Assembly: GCA_045630455.1 (NCBI GenBank) | Contig: JAZQTD010000044.1 | Coordinates: 6,335-70,334, forward strand | Origin: Candidatus Enterousia sp. | GTDB lineage: Bacteria; Pseudomonadota; Alphaproteobacteria; Rs-D84 | Reading direction: 5' to 3' | DNA: 64,000 nt | Shown: piece after piece, positions 27,469-37,034 of the stretch | Layout of the letters: every line of letters starts with the position of its first letter | Position numbering within the stretch: the stretch's first letter is position 1 | The notes under the pieces: model-generated | The model's database searches: none | What the model was told of the DNA's origin: nothing | The model's input: the letters and a program-made list of their open reading frames with translations, nothing else | Position numbers and translations under genes: made by a program

Positions 27469-27831
27469 TTATTTTTTCCCCAGTCCTGTTTTCTTTGCAA
27501 TTTTTGAACGTTTGCGTGCATAAGCCGGCGCAACAAATGGATAGTCCACCGGCAGCCCCCACTTTACCCTATATTCTTCAGGGGTTAAATTAAACTTACG
27601 CTTTACATACCGGCGCAGCATTATATGCCACGTACCATCTTCCAAGCATTGAATTTTATCCGGCTGAATTGAATCTTCGATTTGCTGAGGCGTGACGGAA
27701 GCACCGCGTAAAATCTCGCGCGCTTTTTTTACCGCAACTTCCATGGTCAGTTCTGGATTAGCCGCAATTGCCGCCGCCGCCAGATTTGCCACTGCCAACG
27801 CAAATTCAGAACTTTTATTTACATTTACCAA
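27469..27831 (-). CDS. mucR: MucR/Ros-family transcriptional regulator
   Basis: SI.PD.I.CLEDG, LTPEEYR.KWGLP.DYP.VAPAYA..RS..AK..GLG; TTG start after SD GAGG. Confidence 0.9.
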   Translation of the reverse strand: MVNVNKSSEFALAVANLAAAAIAANPELTMEVAVKKAREILRGASVTPQQIEDSIQPDKIQCLEDGTWHIMLRRYVKRKFNLTPEEYRVKWGLPVDYPFVAPAYARKRSKIAKKTGLGKK

Positions 27832-27903
27832 TTGCCAACCTCTTGGTTTTTTAATAGAATAATTATACCACAAATAAACACTAAATAAAAGCAAAGTAAA
27901 ATT

Positions 27904-29172
27904 ATGACACGACCACTGGCTGATTTAATGCGCCCAAACACAATAGACGAAGTTGTGGGACAAAAAACACTGCTTGGTGAAAACGGCTTGGTTCGCCGTA
28001 TGGTCGATAATAAAAAGTTATCCAATTTGATTTTATGGGGTCCACCCGGATGCGGCAAAACAACCATTGCACGTGCATTGGCAAATTCGGTCGACATGGA
28101 TTTTGTCCCAATGTCTGCTGTGTTTTCTGGCACTGCTGATATAAAAAAAACAATGGATGCAGCACGTATGAACCGTGACATTGGTCGCAACACTTTGCTG
28201 TTTATTGATGAAATTCATCGCTTTAATAAAACCCAGCAAGATACACTGTTGCCTTATTTAGAAGATGGCACGGTTGTATTTATTGGTGCAACAACCGAAA
28301 ACCCCAGTTTTAATTTGAATAACGCATTGCTGTCACGCTGCCACGTTGGGGTACTACAACCGCTGGATACGCATGATTTATTGACCTTGATTGAACGTGC
28401 TGAAAGTTTTTTAGATAAAAAGTTGCCACTGAACGATGCATCCAAAATTCATCTGGCACAAATGGCAGACGGTGATGCGCGCTTTTTATTAAACACTGTC
28501 GAATATTTAATCAGCGCGAATTTCAAACAAGATTTAACCCCAGAAGAACTGGACAGTGCGATACAAAAACGCGCCCCACTATCTGACAAAGGCGGCGACG
28601 AACACTACAATCTGATTTCTGCGGTACATAAATCCCTGCGGGCCAGTGATACCGATGCAGCACTTTATTGGACGGCACGAATGATGACATCGGGTCAAGA
28701 TCCAAAGTATATATTCCGTCGCCTGACCCGCTTTGCCGCCGAAGATATTGGATTGGCGGATCCTAATGCATTACAAATGGCGATTGCCGCATGGCAGGCA
28801 TACGAAAGACTTGGCAGTCCCGAAGGCGACTTGGCACTGACCCAGTTGGTAATATATCTGGGCACCGCCCCAAAAAGCATTGGCAATTACAAAGCACAAA
28901 AAGCGGCATACGCCATGGCCCGTGAAACGGGCAGCCTGATGCCACCAAAAAATATTTTGAACGCCCCAACAAAAATGATGAAGGACTTGGGATATAACGC
29001 GGGCTATGTTTACGACCCAGACACAGCCAACGGATTTAGCGGTCAAAACTGTTTCCCAGAAAAATTGGGACGGCAAAAATTCTATTATCCCGTCGAACGC
29101 GGATTTGAACGCGAGATTAAAAAGCGTTTAGATTATTGGGAATCTTTACGCAATAAAAAGAACGAAGATTAA
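27904..29172 (+). CDS. rarA: replication-associated recombination protein A (MgsA)
   Basis: RPLA..MRP, GPPGCGKTT, FIDEIHRFNK, GATTENP, HKSLR.SD and AEDIGLADP motifs. Confidence 0.96.
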   Translation: MTRPLADLMRPNTIDEVVGQKTLLGENGLVRRMVDNKKLSNLILWGPPGCGKTTIARALANSVDMDFVPMSAVFSGTADIKKTMDAARMNRDIGRNTLLFIDEIHRFNKTQQDTLLPYLEDGTVVFIGATTENPSFNLNNALLSRCHVGVLQPLDTHDLLTLIERAESFLDKKLPLNDASKIHLAQMADGDARFLLNTVEYLISANFKQDLTPEELDSAIQKRAPLSDKGGDEHYNLISAVHKSLRASDTDAALYWTARMMTSGQDPKYIFRRLTRFAAEDIGLADPNALQMAIAAWQAYERLGSPEGDLALTQLVIYLGTAPKSIGNYKAQKAAYAMARETGSLMPPKNILNAPTKMMKDLGYNAGYVYDPDTANGFSGQNCFPEKLGRQKFYYPVERGFEREIKKRLDYWESLRNKKNED

Positions 29173-29221
29173 TTAGATAAATAATAGTATCCAACACTAA
29201 CCACTTGCACTAACCACTAAT

Positions 29222-29247
29222 AAAAATCCCCCATCCGGGGGATTTTT
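29222..29247. terminator. bidirectional terminator
   Basis: AAAAATCCCCC-ATCC-GGGGGATTTTT. Confidence 0.85.
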
Positions 29248-29251
29248 TTTA

Positions 29252-29357
29252 AAAATTAAATAGAATGATTTAGATATGTGAAAAACCGTTAGCGTAGTGT
29301 ATTAGACATACATGAGCCAACGGGTTTTCGCATAGATGAATTATTATATTTGATTTT
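29252..29357. repeat. ~106-bp palindromic element, copy 1
   Basis: 21-bp imperfect terminal inverted repeats, 17-bp inner stem, core CGTAGTGTA-N7-TACATGAG; second copy at 43917-44023. Confidence 0.85.
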
Positions 29358-30059
29358 TTAAAACAATATATTTACTTTTGCGCCAATATGCACATCATCT
29401 CGTTCAAACTCATAATCAATATGCCCGACATATTGCGTACGACCAAATTGACGAACCAGTTTCATACAAAACCACTCTTCATTATAAGACGGTGTTGTTG
29501 CCTTACGTATAATTGCATCAATTCCTAAACGCAAATCTGAATCCAGTCTAAAATAAGCCTGGGGCATAAAATCAATATAAGACATTCCCAAAATATCATC
29601 AAAAATCCAACTTGATTGAATTGTTGCAGCCAATGTTACCCCTGCCCATTGACGACCAAAACGCCAACCAGCATAGTATGTTGAATCTGCAAATTCTGGG
29701 CTGCGCACCATACGACTGCCACCAAATTTAAAACCAAATATTACATCAGATATTATTGTATCAGATGCACCAGCACGATACACACCACCCAATGCCGTAC
29801 TGGTAAAACCATCATCATCGCCTGAAAAATCAACTTGATAATTCGTATTAACAGACAACGTTAATCTGTCTTTGAATCCATACGACAAAGTTTCGCCAAA
29901 GCGCAATACATCATTTCCAAACGACACTGCTGATTCAGATAAAACCTCTTCGGCGCGTGGCATATAAAGTGGGTCAGACGTATCAAATTCCAACGAATTT
30001 GCATTTGCCCCAGATACCGCAACAACACTTAATAAAACAATTGGTAAAAACTTACGCAT
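29358..30059 (-). CDS. putative outer-membrane beta-barrel protein
   Basis: Signal peptide, beta-strand periodicity, C-terminal Phe; P...P...LSYG..D motif shared with the next gene. Confidence 0.6.
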   Translation of the reverse strand: MRKFLPIVLLSVVAVSGANANSLEFDTSDPLYMPRAEEVLSESAVSFGNDVLRFGETLSYGFKDRLTLSVNTNYQVDFSGDDDGFTSTALGGVYRAGASDTIISDVIFGFKFGGSRMVRSPEFADSTYYAGWRFGRQWAGVTLAATIQSSWIFDDILGMSYIDFMPQAYFRLDSDLRLGIDAIIRKATTPSYNEEWFCMKLVRQFGRTQYVGHIDYEFERDDVHIGAKVNILF

Positions 30060-30129
30060 GATTTTAATCCTCTCTCCGATTTATTACAAATCACCGCCCC
30101 CATATCGGGGACGGTGTATTTTTATATTT

Positions 30130-31380
30130 TTAGAAATGGAATATCGCTTGGACACCTAACGACATTTCAGACATATTATCAATCTTTACCTGTCCTAATT
30201 CAGTCAATTTTTCCAATCCATTTGCCGGCTGATACAGATAAACATTCAAATCTTTACCATCCGCACTATCATAGATTGATGATTTTGCATACAGATTCAA
30301 AGCAAACCAATCATTTGGCTGCCATCCCAGCGCAGCTTTAACCGACGCTTGATTATGCCAACCATAATGACCAAAAACCCCCTCGACATTTAATGTCCAA
30401 TCTTGGTTCAAGACACTAAATACACCCAAACCACCTTCGACATAGAATGTATTTTTGACATCCGTATCATATGCGATATAAAACACTTCTTCGGGATTAT
30501 CAACAATTGCGCCATATGAATTTTCATCAAGATTCAGATACCAACCACGTGCCAACCCATAGATTGTTGAACGTGCAACCTTGTACCCTGCTTTCAAATC
30601 CAATGCAATGTTATTAGAAAACTCTTTTTGATGTTGATAAAAAGCCATTGCAGTCGCAATCCATTTTTCATTATCAACAAAACGCCATTGACCACCGATA
30701 CCAAAGACATTCAGAGAATTGTCATCCATTTCGTTGTCTGCATCGGTGTTATCAAAATCAAATTTGTATTCTGCCATATCAAATTTAGCCATCGCAACCA
30801 ATGCAACTGTATCGGTAATACCATAACTAAAATCTTCTTTGATTGAGAAAGTCTTAGATTTCCATTTACCATCAGAAAACCCTTCAATCGTCAGTGTTGA
30901 ATTTGTTCCGTCTGGATTTGGAATTGTAAATGAATACGGCATTTCAAAATCAAAACTATTTTGACTATAAGACAAATCTGTTATAGAACCAAAGTTTCCA
31001 CTCAATGGCTGAAAAAATGGATGCGCCAAATAATATTTACGATTTAATTTATCTACGATTTTTTCAGAACGTGTTGTGCGAACTGTTGTCTTGGTTGCCT
31101 TTGCAGACGAAGAATTTGCGGCATCATATTGCTTGTACAAATCACTACGCTTGGCTGGCGCGGAATAATACAAATCGCCACCATCAGACTGTTTATAAGT
31201 GCGTGTTGTTGTACGTGTCTGATATTTTTTATAGTTTACATTTTCACGTGTGCGTGTGGCGGGTGCGCTTGTTAAATCGGCACTGGACGCACCATAAACA
31301 CCCGAATTTGTTGCAGCCATCGCCGGACCAAACGCCAACACAGCCACCAACAAAGCAAAACAAGATAATTTCTTATTCAT
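30130..31380 (-). CDS. putative outer-membrane beta-barrel protein with a Thr/Ser/Lys-rich N-terminal extension
   Basis: Signal peptide, aromatic-rich beta strands, C-terminal Phe. Confidence 0.6.
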   Translation of the reverse strand: MNKKLSCFALLVAVLAFGPAMAATNSGVYGASSADLTSAPATRTRENVNYKKYQTRTTTRTYKQSDGGDLYYSAPAKRSDLYKQYDAANSSSAKATKTTVRTTRSEKIVDKLNRKYYLAHPFFQPLSGNFGSITDLSYSQNSFDFEMPYSFTIPNPDGTNSTLTIEGFSDGKWKSKTFSIKEDFSYGITDTVALVAMAKFDMAEYKFDFDNTDADNEMDDNSLNVFGIGGQWRFVDNEKWIATAMAFYQHQKEFSNNIALDLKAGYKVARSTIYGLARGWYLNLDENSYGAIVDNPEEVFYIAYDTDVKNTFYVEGGLGVFSVLNQDWTLNVEGVFGHYGWHNQASVKAALGWQPNDWFALNLYAKSSIYDSADGKDLNVYLYQPANGLEKLTELGQVKIDNMSEMSLGVQAIFHF

Positions 31381-31556
31381 AACAAATACTCCTTTTGCCT
31401 TAGATTATAACACAAAACACATAGAAAACCAAGCCTTTTTAAGACGATGTACTTTAGTGACCGACAACATAATCCCACTTCATTAAAACTGCATCAAGCA
31501 ACAACATAATTGCTGTGCTAAATAAAAGTTTATATCAGTTTGCACACTGTACATAT

Positions 31557-31584
31557 AAAAATCCCCGCACTTGCGGGGATTTTT
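31557..31584 (-). terminator. terminator of ftsK
   Basis: AAAAATCCCCGCA-CT-TGCGGGGATTTTT (apical loop likely larger in RNA). Confidence 0.8.
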
Positions 31585-33835
31585 ATAACACCTGTCTTTT
31601 GCCACTGGCATCTGGGGCACTGACAATTCCTTCTTGCTCCATACGTTCAATAAAGCCAGCCGCCTTGTTATATCCAACACCAAGTCTGCGTTGAACATAA
31701 GAGATAGTCGGCTTTTTGTCACGAATAACCACTTCTTTGGCCTGTTCATAAAGGTCGGCGTTTTTCTCGGCTTTGACCTCAGACGCCGATGGTGCCGGCG
31801 CAGATTGACTTTCTTCGCCATCGGTCACGCCATCTGCGTATTCGGGTGAGCCCTGCGCACGCAAGAAATTACCAATTCGTGTCAATTCGCTATCATCAAT
31901 AAACGCACCGTGAATACGCACAGGGATACGTCCCGCCTCACTAAACAACATATCTCCCATCGCAAGCAAGTTTTCCGCCCCACCTTCGCCTAAGCAAGTT
32001 ATACTGTCGATACGGCTGCGTGCTTGGAACGAAATACGCGTTGGGAAATTCGCCTTGATAACACCGGTGATAGTCGTAGCGTCTGGTCGCTGGGTTGCCA
32101 TCACCAAGTGAATACCCGCCGCACGTGCCTTTTGTGCGATACGTTGAACACAGGCCTCGACTTCTTTACGCGCCAGACTCATCAAATCTGCAACCTCGTC
32201 AATAATAATGACAATATACGGCATATCAGACAAATCTACTTCTTGGGTTTCAAACAGCAACTCACCCGTTTCTTCGTCTGTACCAACCGCCACCTGCTTG
32301 GTTATTTTTTCACCAGACGCACGCTTTTGTGCCGCCAATTCATTATAACTTTCAATATTACGCGCATTCAAAACTTGTAGCTGTTTATAACGCTCTTCCA
32401 TTTCACGAACCGCCCATTTCAGTGCATTTACCGCCGCTGCTGGATCCAGTTTCACAATCGGCGTAATCAAGTGCGGGATTTCATCCCAGAACCCAAAGTC
32501 CACCCCTTTTGGATCGATAATCATCAACTTGCACTTATCTGGTGTAAAGTGATAAACAATTGATGTGATAATAGATTGTACGAACACAGATTTACCCGAC
32601 CCTGTACGTCCTGCAATCAACATATGCGGCATTTTTGCCAAGTCAAAGTACATATAATTTCCACCGATATCCACACCCAACGCCAATGGAATCTTGTACT
32701 TGGATTCTGTAAACACCTGACTTTCCACCAAGCCACGATAACGCACCGTCTGACGGTTCAAGTTCACCATTTCCACACCAATAAGTTGCGTACGTGGAAT
32801 ATGCGCAATACGAATATTTTCAGTCGCCATCGCACGCACCATATCAGTCACAGTCTTGTTAACATCTGTCATACGCGTACCATCATCTGGCATAAATTCA
32901 TACAGTGTCACAACTGGCCCTGGCTTAATCCCAACAACGCGCCCGTGTACACCATATTGGGCAAAGTGCACTTCCATATTCTTGGCATTTTGTTTCAAAT
33001 CCGGGGTCACGACACACTTACCAAAATTCGACTTTTCCAAGAACTTTGGATCTGGCAACGCATATTCACCCATTGCGACCGCTGGACGTGCCGCCGCCAC
33101 AGGCGCACTGATTGCACGTGTCACACGTTTACGCGTGGTACGTTTTTTTGGTTCTTCTTCATCCGTGTCTTCTTCTGGTTCTTCTTCTATTGTATTTTCG
33201 TTATTCTTTTCATCTTTGCTAATAATCTTAGCCGGTGCACCTGTTAAATGGAACGCCGCCAACAACCAACGTACCACCCACCAAACACGTGCCAGAATTG
33301 CACGCACATGTGACCACTTAATATGCAACAGCATCGCCCCCATCCCCAAGAACACAGCCACACAAACCAATCCAACTAAAACAGACCAGCCTCCAATTAT
33401 CCCCCCTAAATCATTTGCAACAATAGCACCAGCGATACCACCAAACGTGCCCCCGGGCATCATCAATCCAAAACCCGCAGCCCCAACAAAAGTTGCGATA
33501 AAACCACGCAAAATATTATATTCTGGCAAAACATCGTCCGAGCGTTTTGTCGCCAATGCCACCCCGCCACGCATCATACATAAAAAAACAAACAACGTCG
33601 GCAAAAAACCGATTCCATATCGCAAGAATCCAGCCACCTGGCCCAACCACGATTGTGCGCCATATGTACCCGCCGCTGCAAACCCATCCAGATACGGATT
33701 ATGGAAAAACAGTGCCAAAACCAAACACATACCCAACATGACCAAGCCCGCGCCAAACACGCGCACAGCCATACTTTTCAAAGCCCCCGACATACTTTCG
33801 GGCAAAAATCTTGATTCCTTTCTCATGCCACGCAT
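31583..33835 (-). CDS. ftsK: DNA translocase FtsK
   Basis: N-terminal TMs, GPVVTLYE, AGRTGSGKS, IIIDEVADL, ATQRP, winged-helix SYVQRRLGVGYNKAA. Confidence 0.96.
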   Translation of the reverse strand: MRGMRKESRFLPESMSGALKSMAVRVFGAGLVMLGMCLVLALFFHNPYLDGFAAAGTYGAQSWLGQVAGFLRYGIGFLPTLFVFLCMMRGGVALATKRSDDVLPEYNILRGFIATFVGAAGFGLMMPGGTFGGIAGAIVANDLGGIIGGWSVLVGLVCVAVFLGMGAMLLHIKWSHVRAILARVWWVVRWLLAAFHLTGAPAKIISKDEKNNENTIEEEPEEDTDEEEPKKRTTRKRVTRAISAPVAAARPAVAMGEYALPDPKFLEKSNFGKCVVTPDLKQNAKNMEVHFAQYGVHGRVVGIKPGPVVTLYEFMPDDGTRMTDVNKTVTDMVRAMATENIRIAHIPRTQLIGVEMVNLNRQTVRYRGLVESQVFTESKYKIPLALGVDIGGNYMYFDLAKMPHMLIAGRTGSGKSVFVQSIITSIVYHFTPDKCKLMIIDPKGVDFGFWDEIPHLITPIVKLDPAAAVNALKWAVREMEERYKQLQVLNARNIESYNELAAQKRASGEKITKQVAVGTDEETGELLFETQEVDLSDMPYIVIIIDEVADLMSLARKEVEACVQRIAQKARAAGIHLVMATQRPDATTITGVIKANFPTRISFQARSRIDSITCLGEGGAENLLAMGDMLFSEAGRIPVRIHGAFIDDSELTRIGNFLRAQGSPEYADGVTDGEESQSAPAPSASEVKAEKNADLYEQAKEVVIRDKKPTISYVQRRLGVGYNKAAGFIERMEQEGIVSAPDASGKRQVL

Positions 33836-33888
33836 TTTATCACATTTTTTTATAAAAAAACAGGCGATAAATTTACCGCCCTGTTATT

Positions 33889-34587
33889 TTATTCGTCTTT
33901 ATATGACTTCTTCATCAATACCCATTTTACAATATCTGCAACAACCATACCAATAAATGTACCAAGTATTACATCGCTAAACCAGTGCGCCCCAATAAAA
34001 ATACGCGATGCGCCAACAATGCACGCAATCGTCCATGTTATCGGCTTATATTTCGGGGCCAGCATCCCGATCATAACCAGCCCTGCAAACGTCACAGTCG
34101 TATGTCCCGATGGCATCGAATGCCACGCCCATGTGAACCGATCAAAATCTGGAATAATACCCGACATTACAAATACCGGACGCAGACGTGCAATCAAAAC
34201 TTTCAGCACCCACACGAATATACATGCCCAGAAAACACTGCTAAATATTAAAAAAGCGTGACTAGTTTTTGTCTTGACAAATGTCTCTTTAACGATATCC
34301 CAGAACTTAAAGTTAATTTCTTTATTTTGAATCGACTGAATTGTTTTTACTAGTCTTTTTACACCATATGCAACAAACACAATCATTGACATTGCGATCC
34401 AAACCTTGACATCAAAGACACGCCCCAACAATCTCCACACGCCCCAATCGCTAACACCACTTGTGAGCGTGTACAACACCGCATCTAAATAACACACGCC
34501 CAACAGGATAAGCAGCCCCGTCACCAGTGCGCCCCAACCCAAACGCCGCCACAGCATTTCATTATTTTTTGTTAAAAACATTTCCAC
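33889..34587 (-). CDS. PAP2-family membrane phosphatase
   Basis: K.LIARLRP, SMPSGH and SR.FIGAHWFSDV motifs. Confidence 0.9.
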   Translation of the reverse strand: MEMFLTKNNEMLWRRLGWGALVTGLLILLGVCYLDAVLYTLTSGVSDWGVWRLLGRVFDVKVWIAMSMIVFVAYGVKRLVKTIQSIQNKEINFKFWDIVKETFVKTKTSHAFLIFSSVFWACIFVWVLKVLIARLRPVFVMSGIIPDFDRFTWAWHSMPSGHTTVTFAGLVMIGMLAPKYKPITWTIACIVGASRIFIGAHWFSDVILGTFIGMVVADIVKWVLMKKSYKDE

Positions 34588-34599
34588 ACTCCGTCTATT

Positions 34600-36108
34600 T
34601 TATTCTGCAATTAATCGATTATAGACTTTTTTATCTGTTAAAATTTTTGCAGAAACCGCCGCCGCAACCGCATCTTCGTCCGCGCCATTAACAATAACTG
34701 GACATCCCTTACGTACCACGGCAGGGTCGATTGACATATCTTTGTTAAAGTCCTGTGACTTAAAATCATTATTCAACACGTTCAAGAAAAATGCATTTTG
34801 CTGCTGATTTGTTCTGATATTAGACAAACACACAATCGGGAACACGCCACGCCCATCCAGCGTACGCCCCGCCCCTGTCTTTAATGATTTATTTAATAAT
34901 TCTAACGCACCACCATTACCCAGATTAATTCTTGACGCGATACGTGCATTACCCGCCGTTGGTGTACCGATTAAAACACCACGCTCATTTTCATAAATTG
35001 CTGCGACCAAAGCCTCGGCCGTGCCACGTGTCATATTAGACATAACCACAACCATTGGCGCATCTGTTACAGCATTACCACCCGGGACAACTTCTACCTC
35101 GTCCATGGCAGTCTCGGATATGCGCATCACAGGCTTTGCCCCAACAAACAACCCCGCCAGTTTTGCCACCGCACGCTCATCATCACCCGTTGCCGCACGC
35201 AAATCCAATATAAAACCAGACACATCTGAATACGTTGCCAAGGCTTCATTAATAATAGCCACCGCATTATCAGACACACGATGCACAACAATTTCCAAAA
35301 TACCACCATTTTCAGATGAACGATGAATTATATCAGAATCTGCAACCACAACCGTTGCGCGGCGCAACACAACATCACGTGCCCCCGATGGTGTCAACAA
35401 GCGCACCTTGACCGTGCCAGAATTAAAACCAGACATTGCCGCCGCCACATCTGCATCAGACAGCCCCGCCGTTGCCACACCATTTATTTGTGAAATTAAA
35501 TCACCTGCACGAATACCAGCGACATCTGCAGGCCCACCCTTGAAAATTCCAGCAACACGGAAATTACCACGTGTGTCACGCGCCCCTTCCAGTCCAACAC
35601 TGGTCAACAAGCGCCCATCTTCGGAAATCTCCGCCGCCCTTGAATAAACATAGCGACCATTTTCATCAATCCCACGCATTAATACAGAAATAACTGCTTG
35701 ATACAACTGGCTTTCTGACATTGCACGCAAATTCGAATCCATTGCACGCATACGCAGAACCAGCGCAGTTGTTATTTCGCCAAAACCGTTCCAGTCACGA
35801 TTTTCTGGTCTTGGATAATTTGCAATAATCTCATCCCCCCAGACCAAAACCACACGTTCATCGGTCGCCGCAATATGTGCGTTTTTATTCAGATTTTCCA
35901 GACTTTCAATTGCAATATTTATATTTTTTCCCGCCCAGTTCACATCATTTAATTTTTCATAAATTTCTGCGAACGTCTTGGATACTTCAAAAACCTGAAT
36001 TCCGTCTTGAACAGGTTCATCGTCAAAGAACAAACCATCTGCACGTGCGCCACCAATCACCAAAATCGCAACAAACATCATTATGATTTTATTCAGCATT
36101 CTCATCAC
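34600..36108 (-). CDS. S41 (CtpA-like) PDZ protein, probably catalytically inactive
   Basis: Signal peptide, PDZ (GGPADVAGIRAGD), LDLR; TRGTAE and PTAGNA in place of SASASE and TFGKG. Confidence 0.7.
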   Translation of the reverse strand: MMRMLNKIIMMFVAILVIGGARADGLFFDDEPVQDGIQVFEVSKTFAEIYEKLNDVNWAGKNINIAIESLENLNKNAHIAATDERVVLVWGDEIIANYPRPENRDWNGFGEITTALVLRMRAMDSNLRAMSESQLYQAVISVLMRGIDENGRYVYSRAAEISEDGRLLTSVGLEGARDTRGNFRVAGIFKGGPADVAGIRAGDLISQINGVATAGLSDADVAAAMSGFNSGTVKVRLLTPSGARDVVLRRATVVVADSDIIHRSSENGGILEIVVHRVSDNAVAIINEALATYSDVSGFILDLRAATGDDERAVAKLAGLFVGAKPVMRISETAMDEVEVVPGGNAVTDAPMVVVMSNMTRGTAEALVAAIYENERGVLIGTPTAGNARIASRINLGNGGALELLNKSLKTGAGRTLDGRGVFPIVCLSNIRTNQQQNAFFLNVLNNDFKSQDFNKDMSIDPAVVRKGCPVIVNGADEDAVAAAVSAKILTDKKVYNRLIAE

Positions 36109-36149
36109 TTCCCCCTTGGCTGTATGTGGCGCATACGCACAAATTTTTA

Positions 36150-37031
36150 TTATTTACGTTCCCCACGCAAATCGAAATTCATCAATACTACATTCGAGAT
36201 ATAAATACTTGTAAACGTTCCCATAACAATACTAAATGTCATAGCGATTGCGAATTCACGCAAGACTTCGCCACTGAACAAGAACAACCCGACCATAGCC
36301 AACAATGTTGAAATACTGGTCATCATTGTACGACGGAACATTTCATTAATAGAAAGGTCAATCAAATCCGGCAATGGCATTTTATGATATCTGCTGATAT
36401 TTTCTTCGATACGGTCATAGTTTACAACCTTGTCATTAATCGAATAACCGATACCGGTCAGAATAACCGCAATCGCCGTCTGATTAAATTCCAACCCCGT
36501 GATTGAAAAGAACCCAAACATCAACACGAAGTCCAAGAACAACGACACCAGCGCACCAACCGCATATCCACCACGATATCGAACCCAAACATAAACCGCC
36601 ATCATCAAGAACGCGAACAAAATCGCCAAGATACCACCACGCACTAATTCGCCACCGATTTTCGGTCCAACGATTTGCACCTGGGAATATTGCACAGAAT
36701 CACCCAAAATATTTTTAATTTGGGCAACACGTTCATTTTGCTCTGCATCTGTCACCCCCTTAGGCAGACCAAGACGAATCAAAATAGCATTACCATCAAT
36801 CTGCTGTAATTCTGGGCTAAATTCCGCCAGTTCTGCACGCATCTTGTCAATAGTCATTGACTGTTCGATTGGTGTCACCTCCATCGAGATACCACCTGAA
36901 AAGTCAATACCATAGTTAAACCCACGTATCAATATCGACAGCACCGATATCAACAACAATGCCCCAGAAATAATATACGATAATTTACGATATTTCATAA
37001 AATGCAGTTTCATCACATTTCCCCTTTGCAT
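36150..37031 (-). CDS. secF: protein translocase subunit SecF
   Basis: GIDFSGG, VGP.IG.EL and GYSINDKVVNYDRI.E motifs. Confidence 0.96.
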   Translation of the reverse strand: MQRGNVMKLHFMKYRKLSYIISGALLLISVLSILIRGFNYGIDFSGGISMEVTPIEQSMTIDKMRAELAEFSPELQQIDGNAILIRLGLPKGVTDAEQNERVAQIKNILGDSVQYSQVQIVGPKIGGELVRGGILAILFAFLMMAVYVWVRYRGGYAVGALVSLFLDFVLMFGFFSITGLEFNQTAIAVILTGIGYSINDKVVNYDRIEENISRYHKMPLPDLIDLSINEMFRRTMMTSISTLLAMVGLFLFSGEVLREFAIAMTFSIVMGTFTSIYISNVVLMNFDLRGERK

Positions 37032-37034
37032 TTC

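Noticed and set aside
32576-33956. Long plus-strand ORFs (223 aa and 366 aa) over ftsK
   Set aside because: Antisense shadows without SD or recognisable motifs.
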